DNA of 64,000 nucleotides, from NCBI GenBank assembly GCA_900088475.1, contig FLMG01003436.1, positions 1 through 64,000 on the forward strand. The letters run 5' to 3'. This DNA is from Hyphochytrium catenoides (Eukaryota; Protista; Hyphochytriomycota). The position numbers were made by a program, and so were the translations under genes. Of this stretch, positions 48,701-61,689 are shown piece by piece (within the stretch, counting starts at the first letter, position 1; each line of letters opens with the position of its first letter). Under the pieces are notes generated by a model. The model saw only the letters and a list, made by a program, of their open reading frames with translations, had not been told where the DNA came from and ran no database searches.

Positions 48701-51700
48701 GACCGGATGAGCTATCATGGCCTTGAAGATGAAGGAGAAGGGGCCCAGGTCGAGGATGAACACGAGAACAGAGAAACAGACGAGGGGCATGGAGAAACTA
48801 ATGGCTCCACAGCGAAGAGATTAAAAACAACTACTACTACTACGAGCAGCGGCGCACTGATACCAATAGGAACTAAGAAAGCGCGGGCAAAGGATCACGC
48901 TTCCTTGGCTAGCACACCCAAATCAATTCAGGACTCTCAAACTGCGGCTAATAATGGAACTCTCTCCGCTGGCCAACCGGGAAGTCGGCACGAAGGCCGT
49001 GACGCAGGCGAAATGCTTTGCGCAGGAGCGAAGAGCTCCAGAGAAAGTGACGCCAGAATCAGTGAGCGCTTAGACCTTTCGGAAGAGGAAAAGCTGCAGT
49101 TCATGGCAGTCATTATGCCCCCACTCTTCTCCTGCTTCTCTATCACCCGCACAGAGGATCTTCGAGAATCTCTCGTCTGTCTTATCATTACATTGCTGGA
49201 ACAGGGGACCAGTTATTTATTACAAATAGAGGAGAAGGCCCTCAAGCAGCTCCTGATAGACGCAATCGAGCTGGTTCAAGTTCTGAGAAGAAACACGTGG
49301 AGAAAGATTCGCTATCCGCTTCATGGGGTAAGTGCACAGGTCTTCCCACTTGCGTTGTTCGATGTGAAGAGCCTGTGGAAAGACCTTTTGGAGGAAGTGC
49401 ACCTATTTCTTGGCTGTCCCTGCTCCTTTCTGTTATATTTCGGCCGGCGGTCGCTGTATGGATGTTAACTTCTTCAAGCTAACCTATTGTTGCATCCCAG
49501 CTTCGAGTAATGGCTGCTCTTGTTAGATTATCGGGGTCTCGCCCAGAAGTGAATTCAGAGATGCAGAGAAGAGGTTTATTTCATGTGGGGTCCACCTCTC
49601 CGCGCAATGGTCTAGTGGATGAGACTAGATGGCGAGACGCGAAAGCCCTGAACCAGCTGATGTTATTCGTCCAAGAACATGCCACGTCTATTGGGGGATG
49701 TCCTTCTGGACTTCCTAAGCTACGACAGATATCAAGGGCTATCAGCTCTCCAAATTCGGGGAAACGCAGACAAGCGTTGATCGACTTTAAAAAAGTCTTA
49801 TCTTCCGCCGATGGCATGACGAGCTATGAACTTGTAGAGGTAGGTCGTTGAGAAAAGACCGGTAAATCTGGTTGTCTGTATCAAAACTTCTCTCGCTCCT
49901 TTGCTTGCATAGGGTGGATTCCTTGAAGCTCTGGATGGCCTAATTAGCGTTGGCGACGAGAATGAATGTGAAGAAAAATCCCGGTTCCTGTGGGACGAGT
50001 TTGTAGGGCTTATCGGGCAGGACAATTTAGCGTCAGGCCGCTCTTCAGCTCCGTGTTCTCGCTTGGTGTCTCTTCTTGACCAAATCGTGTCCGCTTCGAT
50101 CCTGCCGCAGCTTTTGCGGGAGCTATTGAGGCCTGGAACGGGTTTCGTTGGAGCAGCAGGGAGCGGAATGGAGTCTCTTTTTCGCCCAATACGTATTAGC
50201 CTCCTAGCTAAGAAAGAGGAAAGTAGTGAAAAGAAAGATGTGAAGGGTTTGTCCAACACATGTCTCCTTCTTTCGCCGCTTACGCCGTTGGCCCAACTTG
50301 AGCGGACGCTGCTAAGGAGCTGCGTGATAGAGGACCCCGAGCTGAAGAGGTAAGGACAGCAATGGCAATCATGAAGGAAAGGGGCTATGGGCCTAAGTCC
50401 TGTTATCGGCTCTGCTTTTATTCGCAGATTCTTTCAAGCGGTAGTGGGCAGTTCAATCTTACTAAAGGCCTCCCCACTGCTGGCTGAGGGTGTCAGAGTA
50501 CGTCCCATTTCTGAGCTACAATCCGACGGCAGTAGGGAAGAAAAGAGCACAAAAGAATTCGGAACAGTCAGAGGAGGAAAGGCTACTATACACCTTCAAG
50601 GTGTGTGGGTCGAAGCCCAAGTGGTTGGCTATGATGAAAGTAGATGTACTCACTTGGTTAGGCTCGAAGCCGGCAAAGAGCTCTTTAGCGTGCGGCTAAT
50701 ACTGGTAAGAGGACCATCTCAGTCCTTTGTTGTTGTTTTTCCCTTCCTGCCTACGTGTTACTATTCCTACTCTTGCACTCACCCCTTTGTGCCCGGAGCA
50801 CCTCGTCTCTGGCTTCTTCCATGCCCACAACCTTTCTCGGATCTCACAACGTGGATTGTTTTGGTTTCCTTTTCCTAGATGGAGTACCTTCTGCTTGAGA
50901 AAGGGAACCTAGCCAAAGCAGTCCCTGTAAGTCCCGAGCAGCAACGTGTAAAACAGCAAGTGCACCAGAATGGACAGCCTACATTCAGTGCTGCAAAGGT
51001 AATGGTGTTCTTCTTCACATGGTAAAATCTCATCTTCAACTACCCTATGTATCGTATGGAGGCTGACGATGAAACGTTTTCCTGCTAGGTGAAGTCAGCA
51101 CCTATTCAAACTAAAGGTAATAGGCACCTCAAAACTTACAATGAGCGATGATAGGACGTTTCGCTTCTTATACATGGTCTTGCTCCCATCATGCGGAAAC
51201 TGTTTATCACCACTTCTCACTGTGCAGGTGGGAAGAGGAAGCGTAAGGCGGATGAGCTATCAAGAATTTCGGAAGAGAACTCCATTGCGGAAGCTGAAGC
51301 CACTCCCACCCCTTCACCTCCTCCTCCTGCCTGGATAGCTCTTTCACGTCCTGGCCTTGGCTCAAAAGTCTGGGTCAAGGGTGGGCGCCTTCCATCATCC
51401 TCAAAAAGAGCTCTTAACGAGCTCTATTGGGCCGGAGTGCTGGTGTCAATTCCCCAAGATTCTGCAGTGCTGGTAAGCTGCCTAAATTACGGACCGCGCA
51501 TTATCAACCTATATTTCGCGCAGGCGTCTGGTTGCTGCAAACAAATCGTCGCATTTGGCTATGTAATGCTGCCTTATAGTGATTTGGACGAACCTCGATG
51601 CTGCGACTTCCTGCCTGTGGAAGAATCACCGCCGATCTTTGTCTCATGCATTCGTGCCTTTCTGAAGAGGGTAGTCTGACAGCCGCTTGTACCAGGTTCA

Positions 51701-54700
51701 AACTGGCAATGGAGATATGCATCGCGTAGCAGTTGAGGACCTCTACCGAGTGGAAGTAGAGCCATCGACCGTTACCGACAACGCACAGACGAGAAGAGAA
51801 AGATGTGGGCTACAGGATGAGGAGAGAAATAGCTTGGAAAGAGTTTTGGCACGATACCGAAAGGTCGTTTGGCAGCCCCCTCAACTTCGCTTTCGCTACG
51901 CTTTGGGTCCTGACCAGAAAAGCACTTTGGAACACAGGGTCACTTCAGAGCACAATGACCCGCACCTGTCGGAGTTTACCCTCCCATCGTTCATTGAAGA
52001 TGCACTTCATGAGCTATTTAAGTCTAGAGTTAACCCGGTGGATCCTTCACCATCGTCACACCTTTCAAAAGAGAAGATTAAGGGGAAAAGTTCGGCTAGG
52101 AGGCCACACAAGAAGCAGAAGAGATTGAAGAAGGAAGATGCCACCGAGGATAAAGGTTCTTCCCATGTACGGCTCCAGATAATCACCGTGATCATTCCCG
52201 TACCTAACTTAGCTTGTGCTCTCAAAGATGAATTTGAACCGGTTCTTCGGCATTCAGAGAGATTGTGGCAAAGGAAGGCGGCTTAAGGAGGCAGTATATT
52301 TCTTCAGCTTCTGCGACAACGTACGGATCTCTACATCTCTCAGGCTATTCTTGTAGCTCTGGCTTCTGTATCGCTCGCCACTATCGTAGCCGTTTTGGTC
52401 GTCTCTGGGGCTTTAGTAGTGCGTGTGAGTTTAATATTAAGCTAATCATGGTACCCATGCAGGATACAAAGGATGAGATGTCCTGGACTGGGTTCCTGCT
52501 TTATTTCAAGAGCCTCTGCTTTGTAAGAAAGAAAATGATGGATGCTCTTGACATCCTCACTCTTGCTGGCGTCAAAGGTAACCTCTCCCCGTCCATGCTC
52601 ATCTTTTGGTTCTTGTTTTCTACTGATCACGCTCGTCTGCACCTGATGTGTCTGGAAAGAAGTAACTCTTAGTCTGCATGTCTGCTATTGTAGTGTCATC
52701 AACGACCTTGTAGAGAAAAAGCTCAGTTTGATCCCGTTAATCCTAACTTGTCTCTCACGGTCTACGCAGAGCCAATGATGTCCAATTTTTCTGCACACGT
52801 GCGGAAGGAGATGGCTGACAGGGCAGAGGAAAGAGCTTCTCCGCCCTCTTTTGCAGAGTTTACAAACGATTCGACAGTCTATTCGGCACTCCGCCATCTA
52901 CTAAGGGACCAAGATAACTCCCATATTTCTCTACAGCAACGAGGGGACATCACCCTCACCTATACTTTGAGATTTGAACAAATGAGGCGATTGCGGACCG
53001 AGCAGGACGGTGTTGCTAGCTCAGTATCCATCGCGAAGGAAGAAGGTGAGCCTGTCCGTCGTTTGACATCATGGCCCGAGCAAGGGCCAGCCCAGTAACG
53101 TCTTACCTACTTACTGGACATCTGTTGGTTGCAGGCCCAAGAGTAGTCCGCTTCCATCGATATGAGATGATATCGCAGATTGTCTCGTCCACTGCTAATT
53201 TACAAATGAAGTAAGTACAATAGGGAAGACGTTTAATCCCTTCCTCCGTTAAAGGACATAGCCCTCGTCTGCTCTTACTCACGCCGCTCCTTGATATCTC
53301 TGACGTGGCCCAGGTTTTTGAATGAGACTGGAAGGCGCTGTATGAGACTCTTATATGTCCTTCATAGAGTAGACAGCCGAGAGTGTGTTGAAGGAGAGCC
53401 AGAGGAAAACGAAAGACAGAACTCTCGATGGGCTCTCTCAGATCTCGGTCGATTGGTTGGCTCCGCGTTGCGAAACTCTCTTCTCGTTGGGACTGGGGCC
53501 CTGCCGGACTGGGTGGTCACCCTGGTCGAGACGGTGCGCAACTTATTATATTTATGGTGCTGAAGGAAAGAAAGGATGCATTTGATTGACCCACAATTCT
53601 GCTATCTCCCATCTCCCTTAAATGCCCGAGCAGTTCCCTTTCTTACTTGATGACCCTGTTCGAGAGCTTTATGTCAAGATGACAGCTTTCGGTACAAGAC
53701 GGACATTGCGGTTTTTGCAGGTGCTTCTGCTAAAGAGAGGGTTCCGATTCAATTCTATCACTCCATTGCGCTGTCAACAAAGTCTTAGACTCCCATTCTT
53801 AATGTATAGTGTTGCATGCCTCCGAAGAATTTCAGCTAAAATGTCTTTATCCCTTGTCCTTCTGGGGTCCAACAGCAATTAACGCCCAAGAAAAAGCGAC
53901 AGAACAACCTGATACATATACCCAAGGAAAAGGTATGTTCTTACAGCTGTGTGCTCAATCGTCCTTTCTCTTCTAACTCTTTATTGAAATATTAGGCTAT
54001 GGTAGATCGTCAAACACTTTTTTTGTCAGCGGAGCGTCTGATGGAAGCCAAAGCTTCATCTCGGAATATCCTTGAGATCATCTTTAAGGGAGAAAAGGGC
54101 TATGGGTCCGGTGTCACCGCATCGTTTTTTTCTGCGGTAGCCGAAGAACTGCAGAAAAAATTGCTTCCAGGGGACCTGCGGCTTTGGATAGATGCGGATG
54201 TCGCTGAGGACACCGTGGCCCATCCAAATGGGCTCTTTCCTCGACCTGTATTGGAAGGAGATCCAAGGCTGCCCAGTATTGTAAAGTACTTCAGACTCAT
54301 TGGGTGAGCATGCGATAATCGCGCTATCTCTTGTCGTCTGAGCGACTTGTCATGAGAGCTGCTTGGATGCGGCCTTAGCTTGTGTTCCTTGGGTTGATGG
54401 CTGTTACTTCGCCCACGCGCCTTCGTTTCCTATCCCTTTGGGCAAATGAACTTTGTCTATATGCGGAGATTATCTCTTACGAGACTGTTTTGCCGTTATA
54501 GGCGGATGGTGGGCAGGGCACTGATGGATGAACGCATTTTCCCTTTGGGTTTGTCCCCTTACTTTCTGGCACTGGTGAGGGGCGACCACTTTGTCTTGGC
54601 GGATGCACCTCGAATTTACTTGGAGGCGGGGAGGTAAGCTGTACAAATTGTTATTCCTGCCTCGTGCGTAATAGGACGGGCGCTGCTTTACCTTGTGAGA

Positions 54701-55974
54701 CCTATAGTCGTTTATCCACAGCTTGTAGAGCTCTCCCTCTGATCCGTACGGTCTTCATATGGGCATCTGTTCTCACTGGCTTCTGCGGATTTTGCAGACA
54801 CATCTGGAAGCTGGCGGATGCAGTTCAGGCAAGAGGGCACGCAGCGGAGATTGATGGGATGCCTCTGGCTACGTTTTTACAAGCAGTGGACTTCTCCTTC
54901 ATTGACCCTCTCACTCAGGCTGAACTAGGTAAGTTCTTCGCTCTTGTATGTCGACTTCTTACTCTCTCTTTTGCCCCAGGAGGTTGTCATCGGTGATTTT
55001 ACTATGAACACTTTCCTTTCATCCCCCATACTACTGTCCCAAACCGTAAATGGATAGGAGCTAAGTTCTTCTTCGTGTGTTTGCCGACTAATAGTTCCAG
55101 GAGGCTTGGACAAGGAGGTGACGCCTACGAACGTACGGGATTTTCTCAGTGCTGTCGCGCGCTTCTGGTTCCACGAGGGAATAGCTCCACAGGTTGCCTT
55201 CGCTAAATTTCTTGCAGATTTCTACTCCTTCAAGGTCCCTAACCGTTGGCAACTCTCTCATCGACGGTAGGTGGCGGCTTTCCGATCGGGGTTGAACGAT
55301 GTCCTGCCGCTGCAGCGGGTCCTTGTCCTCCGACCCAAGCTATTGTCACAGATGATTAGTGGTGATAGCGATATCCAGTGGACGGAGAGCAGTTTAAAAA
55401 GAGAGATGATCGCCTCACATGGCTTTGACAGTTCTTCAGCTCCATTCCTCTCCCTAGTCTCAGTATTAGCGGAGATGACGGTGCAGGAGAGGAGAAGTTT
55501 CTTACTATTCGCTACCGGTAAGTTTAAGGATATGAAAATACTCTTTTTTGCATAGCTAAAAGAATATATATCTGGAAGTCGCTCGTTGGAGCTCGATAGC
55601 GGGGGAACGGCTAAGGATGTGCAGAGACACATAAGCGATGACTTTAGAGAGAGAGACAGGAAAGACCGTAGAAAGTCCGGCCTTGGTTGGCAGGATCTGC
55701 CAGCGGTTCGTGGCGTTAAGGGTTATCAGAATCTCCTAATCGCTGCTTCCATACAGGCTGTCCCAATCTTCCTCCAGGAGGCTTATCAGCGCTTTCTCCT
55801 CCATTTGAAGTGAGCAGACGTGTAGGGACGGGGAAGGATGCCGACACAGATTTGCCGTTTGCGCGGACATGTACGAACACCTTACATTTGCCACCATATT
55901 CGTCAAAGGAGGTACTAGCACGGCAGCTCAAGTATGCGATTGCAAGCAGCAAAGGGGTAATAGACCGGGACTAG
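45731..55974 (+). CDS. HECT E3 ubiquitin ligase (TRIP12/Ufd4/UPL3/HECTD1-like HECT) with 3 NZF/RanBP2 zinc fingers, ankyrin repeats and Tudor-like segments
   Basis: WACPTCTFHN...CEMC, WTCQACTMRN...CHMC, WTCHTC...CGVC; ankyrin LPLVVAARYSCHDALKLLIDGGAKVN..GSPLAVA; FPFLL; LEIIFKGEKGYGSGVTASFFSAVAEELQ; NGLFPRP; RRSFLLFATG|CPNLPPGG; LPFARTCTNTLHLPPYSSKEVL (catalytic Cys). TAG 55972-55974. Confidence 0.92.
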
Positions 55975-56218
55975 CCCATCCATAAATCGAAGGGGCGTGT
56001 CTCTGCCTCAAAGGTCATGGATCGCTCAAGCTCTAGGTAGCAGGACAGAAGGGAAAAAGGCTAGGCAAATCGCAAGGGTCGGTGTCCTTCCAACTTTAGT
56101 AGAGTACTATATTTGTTTATAAAGCATGATAAATAAGAAATATAGTCGCATAGAATTAACTGGTGTCCTACTGGGGACCTTTCTGTTTGGTGCAGTGTGG
56201 GTTATCTGTGCTGTTCGC

Positions 56219-59200
56219 TTACTGAGCAAAGACAAGCTTAGCCAAGAGCTTCCTCTGTACTGGTTGCCGACATGCTGGACAAGAGTTCCTTGTACTTAGC
56301 CAGCGCTGAAGAGCCAGGCGAATGTCAAAAAGGTTAGTTGGACAATCTGACAAAGTTGACGAGAACAGAGGAGGAGAGTGATTAATCCTAATGAAGAAGA
56401 GGACTTACCGCCCAGCAAGGGCCACAGCAAATATGACCACATTCTCTGTTAATGAGAGGAGACTTGGCTGTCCCAGTACAGATTAAGCAGGAAGCAGTCC
56501 CTGAGGTAGCGGGTATCAGCAGACACGAAGGCCACACAGCAAGGCATTAGCAAGAGCGGCAGAACATCGACTTCATGATGCAGAGATAGACACAAAGCAG
56601 GAGAAGGTTGACTTTATGGCTCCACAGTCCTACCTCTTGGCCCTGTCTTCTGCCTCTTCACCTCACTTCCCTCCTCTGATGAAGCCTGCGAAAGGGCTTC
56701 AAATTCAGTCCTGAGCTTTGATGAAAGAAAGGAGGTAAAGCGCTCCTTCAGGTCGGTCTCATGTGAGACAGAGGAGAGAAGACGATGGATAGTTCTCAGC
56801 TCCTCAATAAGTGGAGAGGTATCAGATGTCTCGCTTCCCTTTCCTCTTAAGCTCCTCAAGGAAGCAACAAAAGTCCCATAGTCATTAGCCTCGACCTTCG
56901 TCTTTAGCTCAGAAAGAAACTCTTTAATTCTCTCCTGCTTCTGGGAAGCGGCTGCTTGTGAAGGGTTCCCGGAGGAAACAACACGTTGTAACATCGAGTT
57001 GACGCGGGCCTTTTCTCTCTCTTCCACATATCGAGCCGTATTTTCCTTCCCCTGGACCTGGTCCTCGTCGCTCTCCTGCTTCCCTCCGCTGATAGCTCTG
57101 GAAAGGCCAAACGCCCTCTTCGGCTTGGAGGATGCAGCTCCGGAACTGGAGACCGCAGAAGAAGGCAAAGTCGCAGTGTATCGAGAAGACAAACTCTTTG
57201 CTGTCTTCTGCGCTGTGATGGAGTTAGACGAAGCAGTATCAGGGCGAGAGCGAGCTTGGGAGGTCGGACGCGAATCGCTAAAAATGTTGGAGAGGGACAT
57301 GCTGCTTTTCTCCTCTGGGGCAATAGGACGCAAAGAAGCAATCTGCTTTCTCTCGTCTTCGGCCTTCTCTGACAAAGTCCTTCTTAGATCCTTCGTAAGC
57401 TCCAACGGGTTAGAGGACCGTCGCAGGGCGGATGGATCGATATATGTTAGCCCGTTGGCAGAAGAGACAGTCGGAGCCGTGACTTGAGAAAGGACCTCGC
57501 TTTTGAAAAAGGTATTTTCATTCCTCCTTGATGCTGAGGAGGAAGATGTAGAGAAGGGAAGAGGTCGAGGAGCAGGGGCAGAATTATCCGTCAAGCTGCT
57601 CGACCCTTTCTCTTCAGTCACAGGACATCCATTTGGAGGACCACCTCCAGCTGTTCTAAAGAAATGTATGAGCTTTTGGTTAAGCTCCCCAAATTGCTCA
57701 CAGACCTAACTCCAAGAGGAGAAAGTTCGAACGCTGTAGTTAGCCAACAACTGTTTTCTTCAGCAAGATACGTGTGCCGGAGACAGAGCAGTAGGAGGCT
57801 GGCAACATACACGCGGTAGAAGAGGTCCTTAAACAACGAAAATGCTTGCAGAGCCATAGAATAGTCCCTGAGGCATATGAGAGGCAGGCCAGTTGGATTC
57901 ACCTTGATATGCGGCTGAAGCCATTTGCTTATGTTCTGTCTGTTGCCTTGATTTGCGAAGCGCTCGTCAGCGAGGATAATGGCACCCCAGTCTCGACGAT
58001 GCCGGATGACTCGACCTATGGCCTGGTTGACTGCCCGCAGCGCTTGTTGATTATACCACTCTCCTCCAGACAAACGAGCCACTGCGAGCAATGCACCAAG
58101 GTGTTAACAGCAGTGAGCCGCCAGCGGACGGTTATCGTCATACTGAGAGCACAGAAGGATCAAGAATGAGGAGCACGGCAGAAGTGCCCTCACCTTTTGA
58201 GGTCTTGGCCGCCTCATCAAGAAATTGCCTCTTGAGGACTACTCTCGGATCTTTGAAGGGCGGGAAGGGGATCCCAGTAATGATCACCGCGCGTCCAAAG
58301 TTGTTTGCAAAATCGATCCCTTCGCTCACTTTTCCTCGACATACCGCCAGCATTGCAGCGCCTTTAGGGTTCTCCTATGAAACGAGATAGATTAAAAGAG
58401 CATTACTTCGCTGCCGAGAGCGGAATCATTTGAACAACCTTAAGATAAAAAGGACATTGACGTGTAGTACTGAGGGCGAGGGATTGGTGGCCAGGGGGTA
58501 AAAGGCCAGGCGCCTAGCACAAAGAGATAAAGCGAGGCTTCTCGCGGTGCCTTCCCAGAAAGAGAAGCTTGATGGCAGGTCCACGACCCTGCAACGTATT
58601 AATGTAGAAATGCGTACAGATTTTGAGGAGCCTCTCACCGCGATCTGCTTGTAATAACTGTCCACAGCTTCCTTAAATTCCGCAGCCCGGCGAGGCTCAA
58701 TGACAGGGACCTTGTAAGCTTCTAGGCGCGACCACAAGCCAAACCTGTCAAGGATGGAAGAAACGTTAGCTTAGAGGTGCTTTAGTAAAAGCGAGGAGAA
58801 GGAAAACTGAGTCTAGAGTCCGAGCATGGCGCATCCCGGAACCAAGCAAGCCATGCACTTAATCCCCTTAATGTATCATCACCTGGAGTTCTTCCAGTTG
58901 TTAATGGAAGTCTCTAAAGAGCCGTACGACGGGAAGAAAGACAGGAGGCCATGCGGGGTAATCTTAGCGATAGATGTGAGTGTTAGACCTAGTTCTGCTA
59001 TGTAATCCTGCGAGCGTCGGTTCTGAAATGAGCCATTCAAAGAATTGCTGGTGACTCCTTTCTTCAGAACTGCAATGAGCACCTAACGCCGTCGTAATAA
59101 GCAAAGAGAGGAGTGTACTTAGAAAGGGACAAAGAGACAACCCCAGGCTACTTTGACGTTAAAGGGCAAGATGCACTTCAGGTTCTCAAAAGACAAACTA

Positions 59201-61030
59201 ACGAGCTTGAATAGAGTAATGGCCGGCTGAGGGGACCACACCAGAGCCAGCTCGCACGGCCACAAAATAGGGCGAAGGGACTCATAGAAGTATCGCTGAG
59301 GATAACGGAGACGTGAGTTCTGATAGAAGAGCAAATACCTGCGACGGATCGATAACGTGCGGATTCTCCAAACGGACGGGGAAAGGAATCCTAAGTTCTT
59401 CGCCCAAAGATGGTAAAGGCGCTAAAGTACCACTGGTCAGTATGATAGTATGAACTCCTAACGCCGCCAGCTCCTCCATCGCTATGCCAGGATTGAAGCA
59501 CCAGTAACTCAGCACGGTCTTCTGCTTGTGCTGCCTTCCTGGAGCAGTCATAAACCCTTTCTCCTTCCTCCTCCCTTTCTCTTGTCCACCTTGCTCCCCT
59601 TCTTTCATGACGTGAAAGTGCACTCGGTAGGAGTCACTGATAGCTACAAGCTGCTCCAATGTCTGCTGCGAGCCAGTTCTAAAGATGCGCTGTAGGCACT
59701 TTTGAAAGTATTCCAACCGCGAGTGTTTTCCTCCTCCATTGCCCCCACTTGCACCGTTTCCACCGCTAGCAGTTAGATCTGTCTGCTGCAAGAGAACACT
59801 TTCCAAAGCCTTCAAGAAGGTAGTCACGTTATCCATGGTCAATCTCATGCGCCCAAACAACTCAAAGATGAACGATCCAGGCTTGGTAAGTCCATCCGGA
59901 GGCAGATTCATGGTCGCGAGGGCTCTTTCGAAGTCTATAAAGAAGGAGTGGAGAATGCGAAGGTCCGCCATGGTCAAAGGTTGACTGTCGCCCCTTCCGC
60001 TGAGTAGTCTGTCCATTCCTGTCGCCATCTTCTCATCATACTTTCCTATCACGTCAGCCATTTCCTTGGCACAGTGGGCAATATCTAATACTGAGAGGTC
60101 AAAAGAGGCTGAGTCTTCCGCCACCCGTTCAAGGTTGTGCGCTTCATCAAAGATCAATATAGCTGCCTGCCAGTCGAGTTGAAGAGTCTTTCGGTAGGAG
60201 GGTTCTATCAGGTAGTTGTAAGGTACAAACACTATATCTGCTTGAGCCTGCATGTCTCTGCTGAGGTAAAACGGACAAAACTCCTGCTGACGTCCAAGTG
60301 CCACCATCTCCTCAATATCCATAATGCCCACGGAGCTCGCCCTGTCGCCTCCTCGGCTTCTTTTCTTCCCACTTCCCACTTGAGCTATATCAAGGGCCTG
60401 CTTGAAGCGAAGCGCAACCTTATCCACCTCATTCTTGTATCTGCAGTTGCGCCCCATGCTCCTGCACATGTGGTTCTGAAGATGTCCTTGCGCTTTAGAG
60501 ACCTTTGGGTGAACACACATCTGTTCTCTAGAGGCCAAAATCGAGACTCGGGGTCGATACACCGTGTTCTTAAGCTCCTTCACTACCTGAGACAGTTGGC
60601 TGTGTGTCCTCGAGGTATAGACGATCTTCGGTAGTAAAGCGGCTTTGCTGGTCTCTGGTAGCAGGAAGCCTTCTGTCTTCACCCGAATATTATTTTGACT
60701 CTGAGAATCGAGTTTCTTTAGCCAGACTTTCCCAACAGCTTGTCGCAGCGCCTCCATCTCCGATTCAGACTTTTCATACTGAAGCTTCATCGTAGCCTTC
60801 GGCATAGATTGCATTAGACCGGCGTACTCCATGTACGTGATGACACATTCTCGCCAGGCGAGCGTCGCGCATAGTAGACACAAAGTCTTTCCGGTACCCG
60901 TGGGGCTCTCTAAGAGTGCATTTGTGCCAGTCTGTAAGGTCTCAATAACCTTCTCCATATAGTCCTTTTGGCAAGGGTAGGGATCAAACGGGAAGTTCAC
61001 GGCTATGCCGCGGAGCATGACGACTGTCAT
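56219..61030 (-). CDS. RTEL1: Regulator of telomere elongation helicase 1 (XPD/DinG-family Fe-S helicase) with a harmonin-like helix and C-terminal RING finger
   Basis: FPFDPYPCQ, Walker [19 protein letters not shown], Fe-S cysteines, [51 protein letters not shown]. The last two exons encode CLIC...[11 protein letters not shown]|[13 protein letters not shown]. Confidence 0.93.
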
Positions 61031-61689
61031 AGTGCTGTTGCCCGATGGCCAGCTCTCGCTACTCGACGGAGCTCGTTTACCACCTCCGCTTCATTACGAC
61101 CTACGATGATATGGGACAGCTAATAAGGATGGCGTCTACAGGCATGGCACACAGCACTCTCCTCAAAGGCATTAGGATCGATCATCGCGAAAACGGAGCT
61201 TCCTAGCCCATCGTTGTCTCTCAAAGACGCCAATGCCTGGTTACTTGGTTGCTTTGCCGATGAAGGCGCGCTGCTGGGAAACGGGACGGAGTATTTTGGC
61301 GCGAAGAGCGCAAGCGACCAAGCTTTGAAGAGAGCTTCTTATGTCTTGTGTTGGCGGCAGATCAGATGTACCCCTGGACACCTGGATCAGTTAATTTGGT
61401 CTGGTTTCTGGTTTTCTGCCACTGATTCTTGGTTCTGAGTGCGCCTGCCCCTGTGGTAGTTGAGCTTTCTATTGCAAAGCTTCAACCTCCAGTTTCTGCC
61501 AGATGATTCCTAGACGAGCTCAAGAGATTGGGAGGTCTCATCAGACGCCAGCCTGATCTTCAACGCTTTCATGTCTTGGTGTCATTGCTGGCGTGAAGAG
61601 GTTTCAAGTGTGAGCATATGCGCTACCTCGGGTCATAGGAAGAGAAAGCTTGGAGAATTTGTAAGGCCGAGCTCAGCCTGCCGCGGAGA

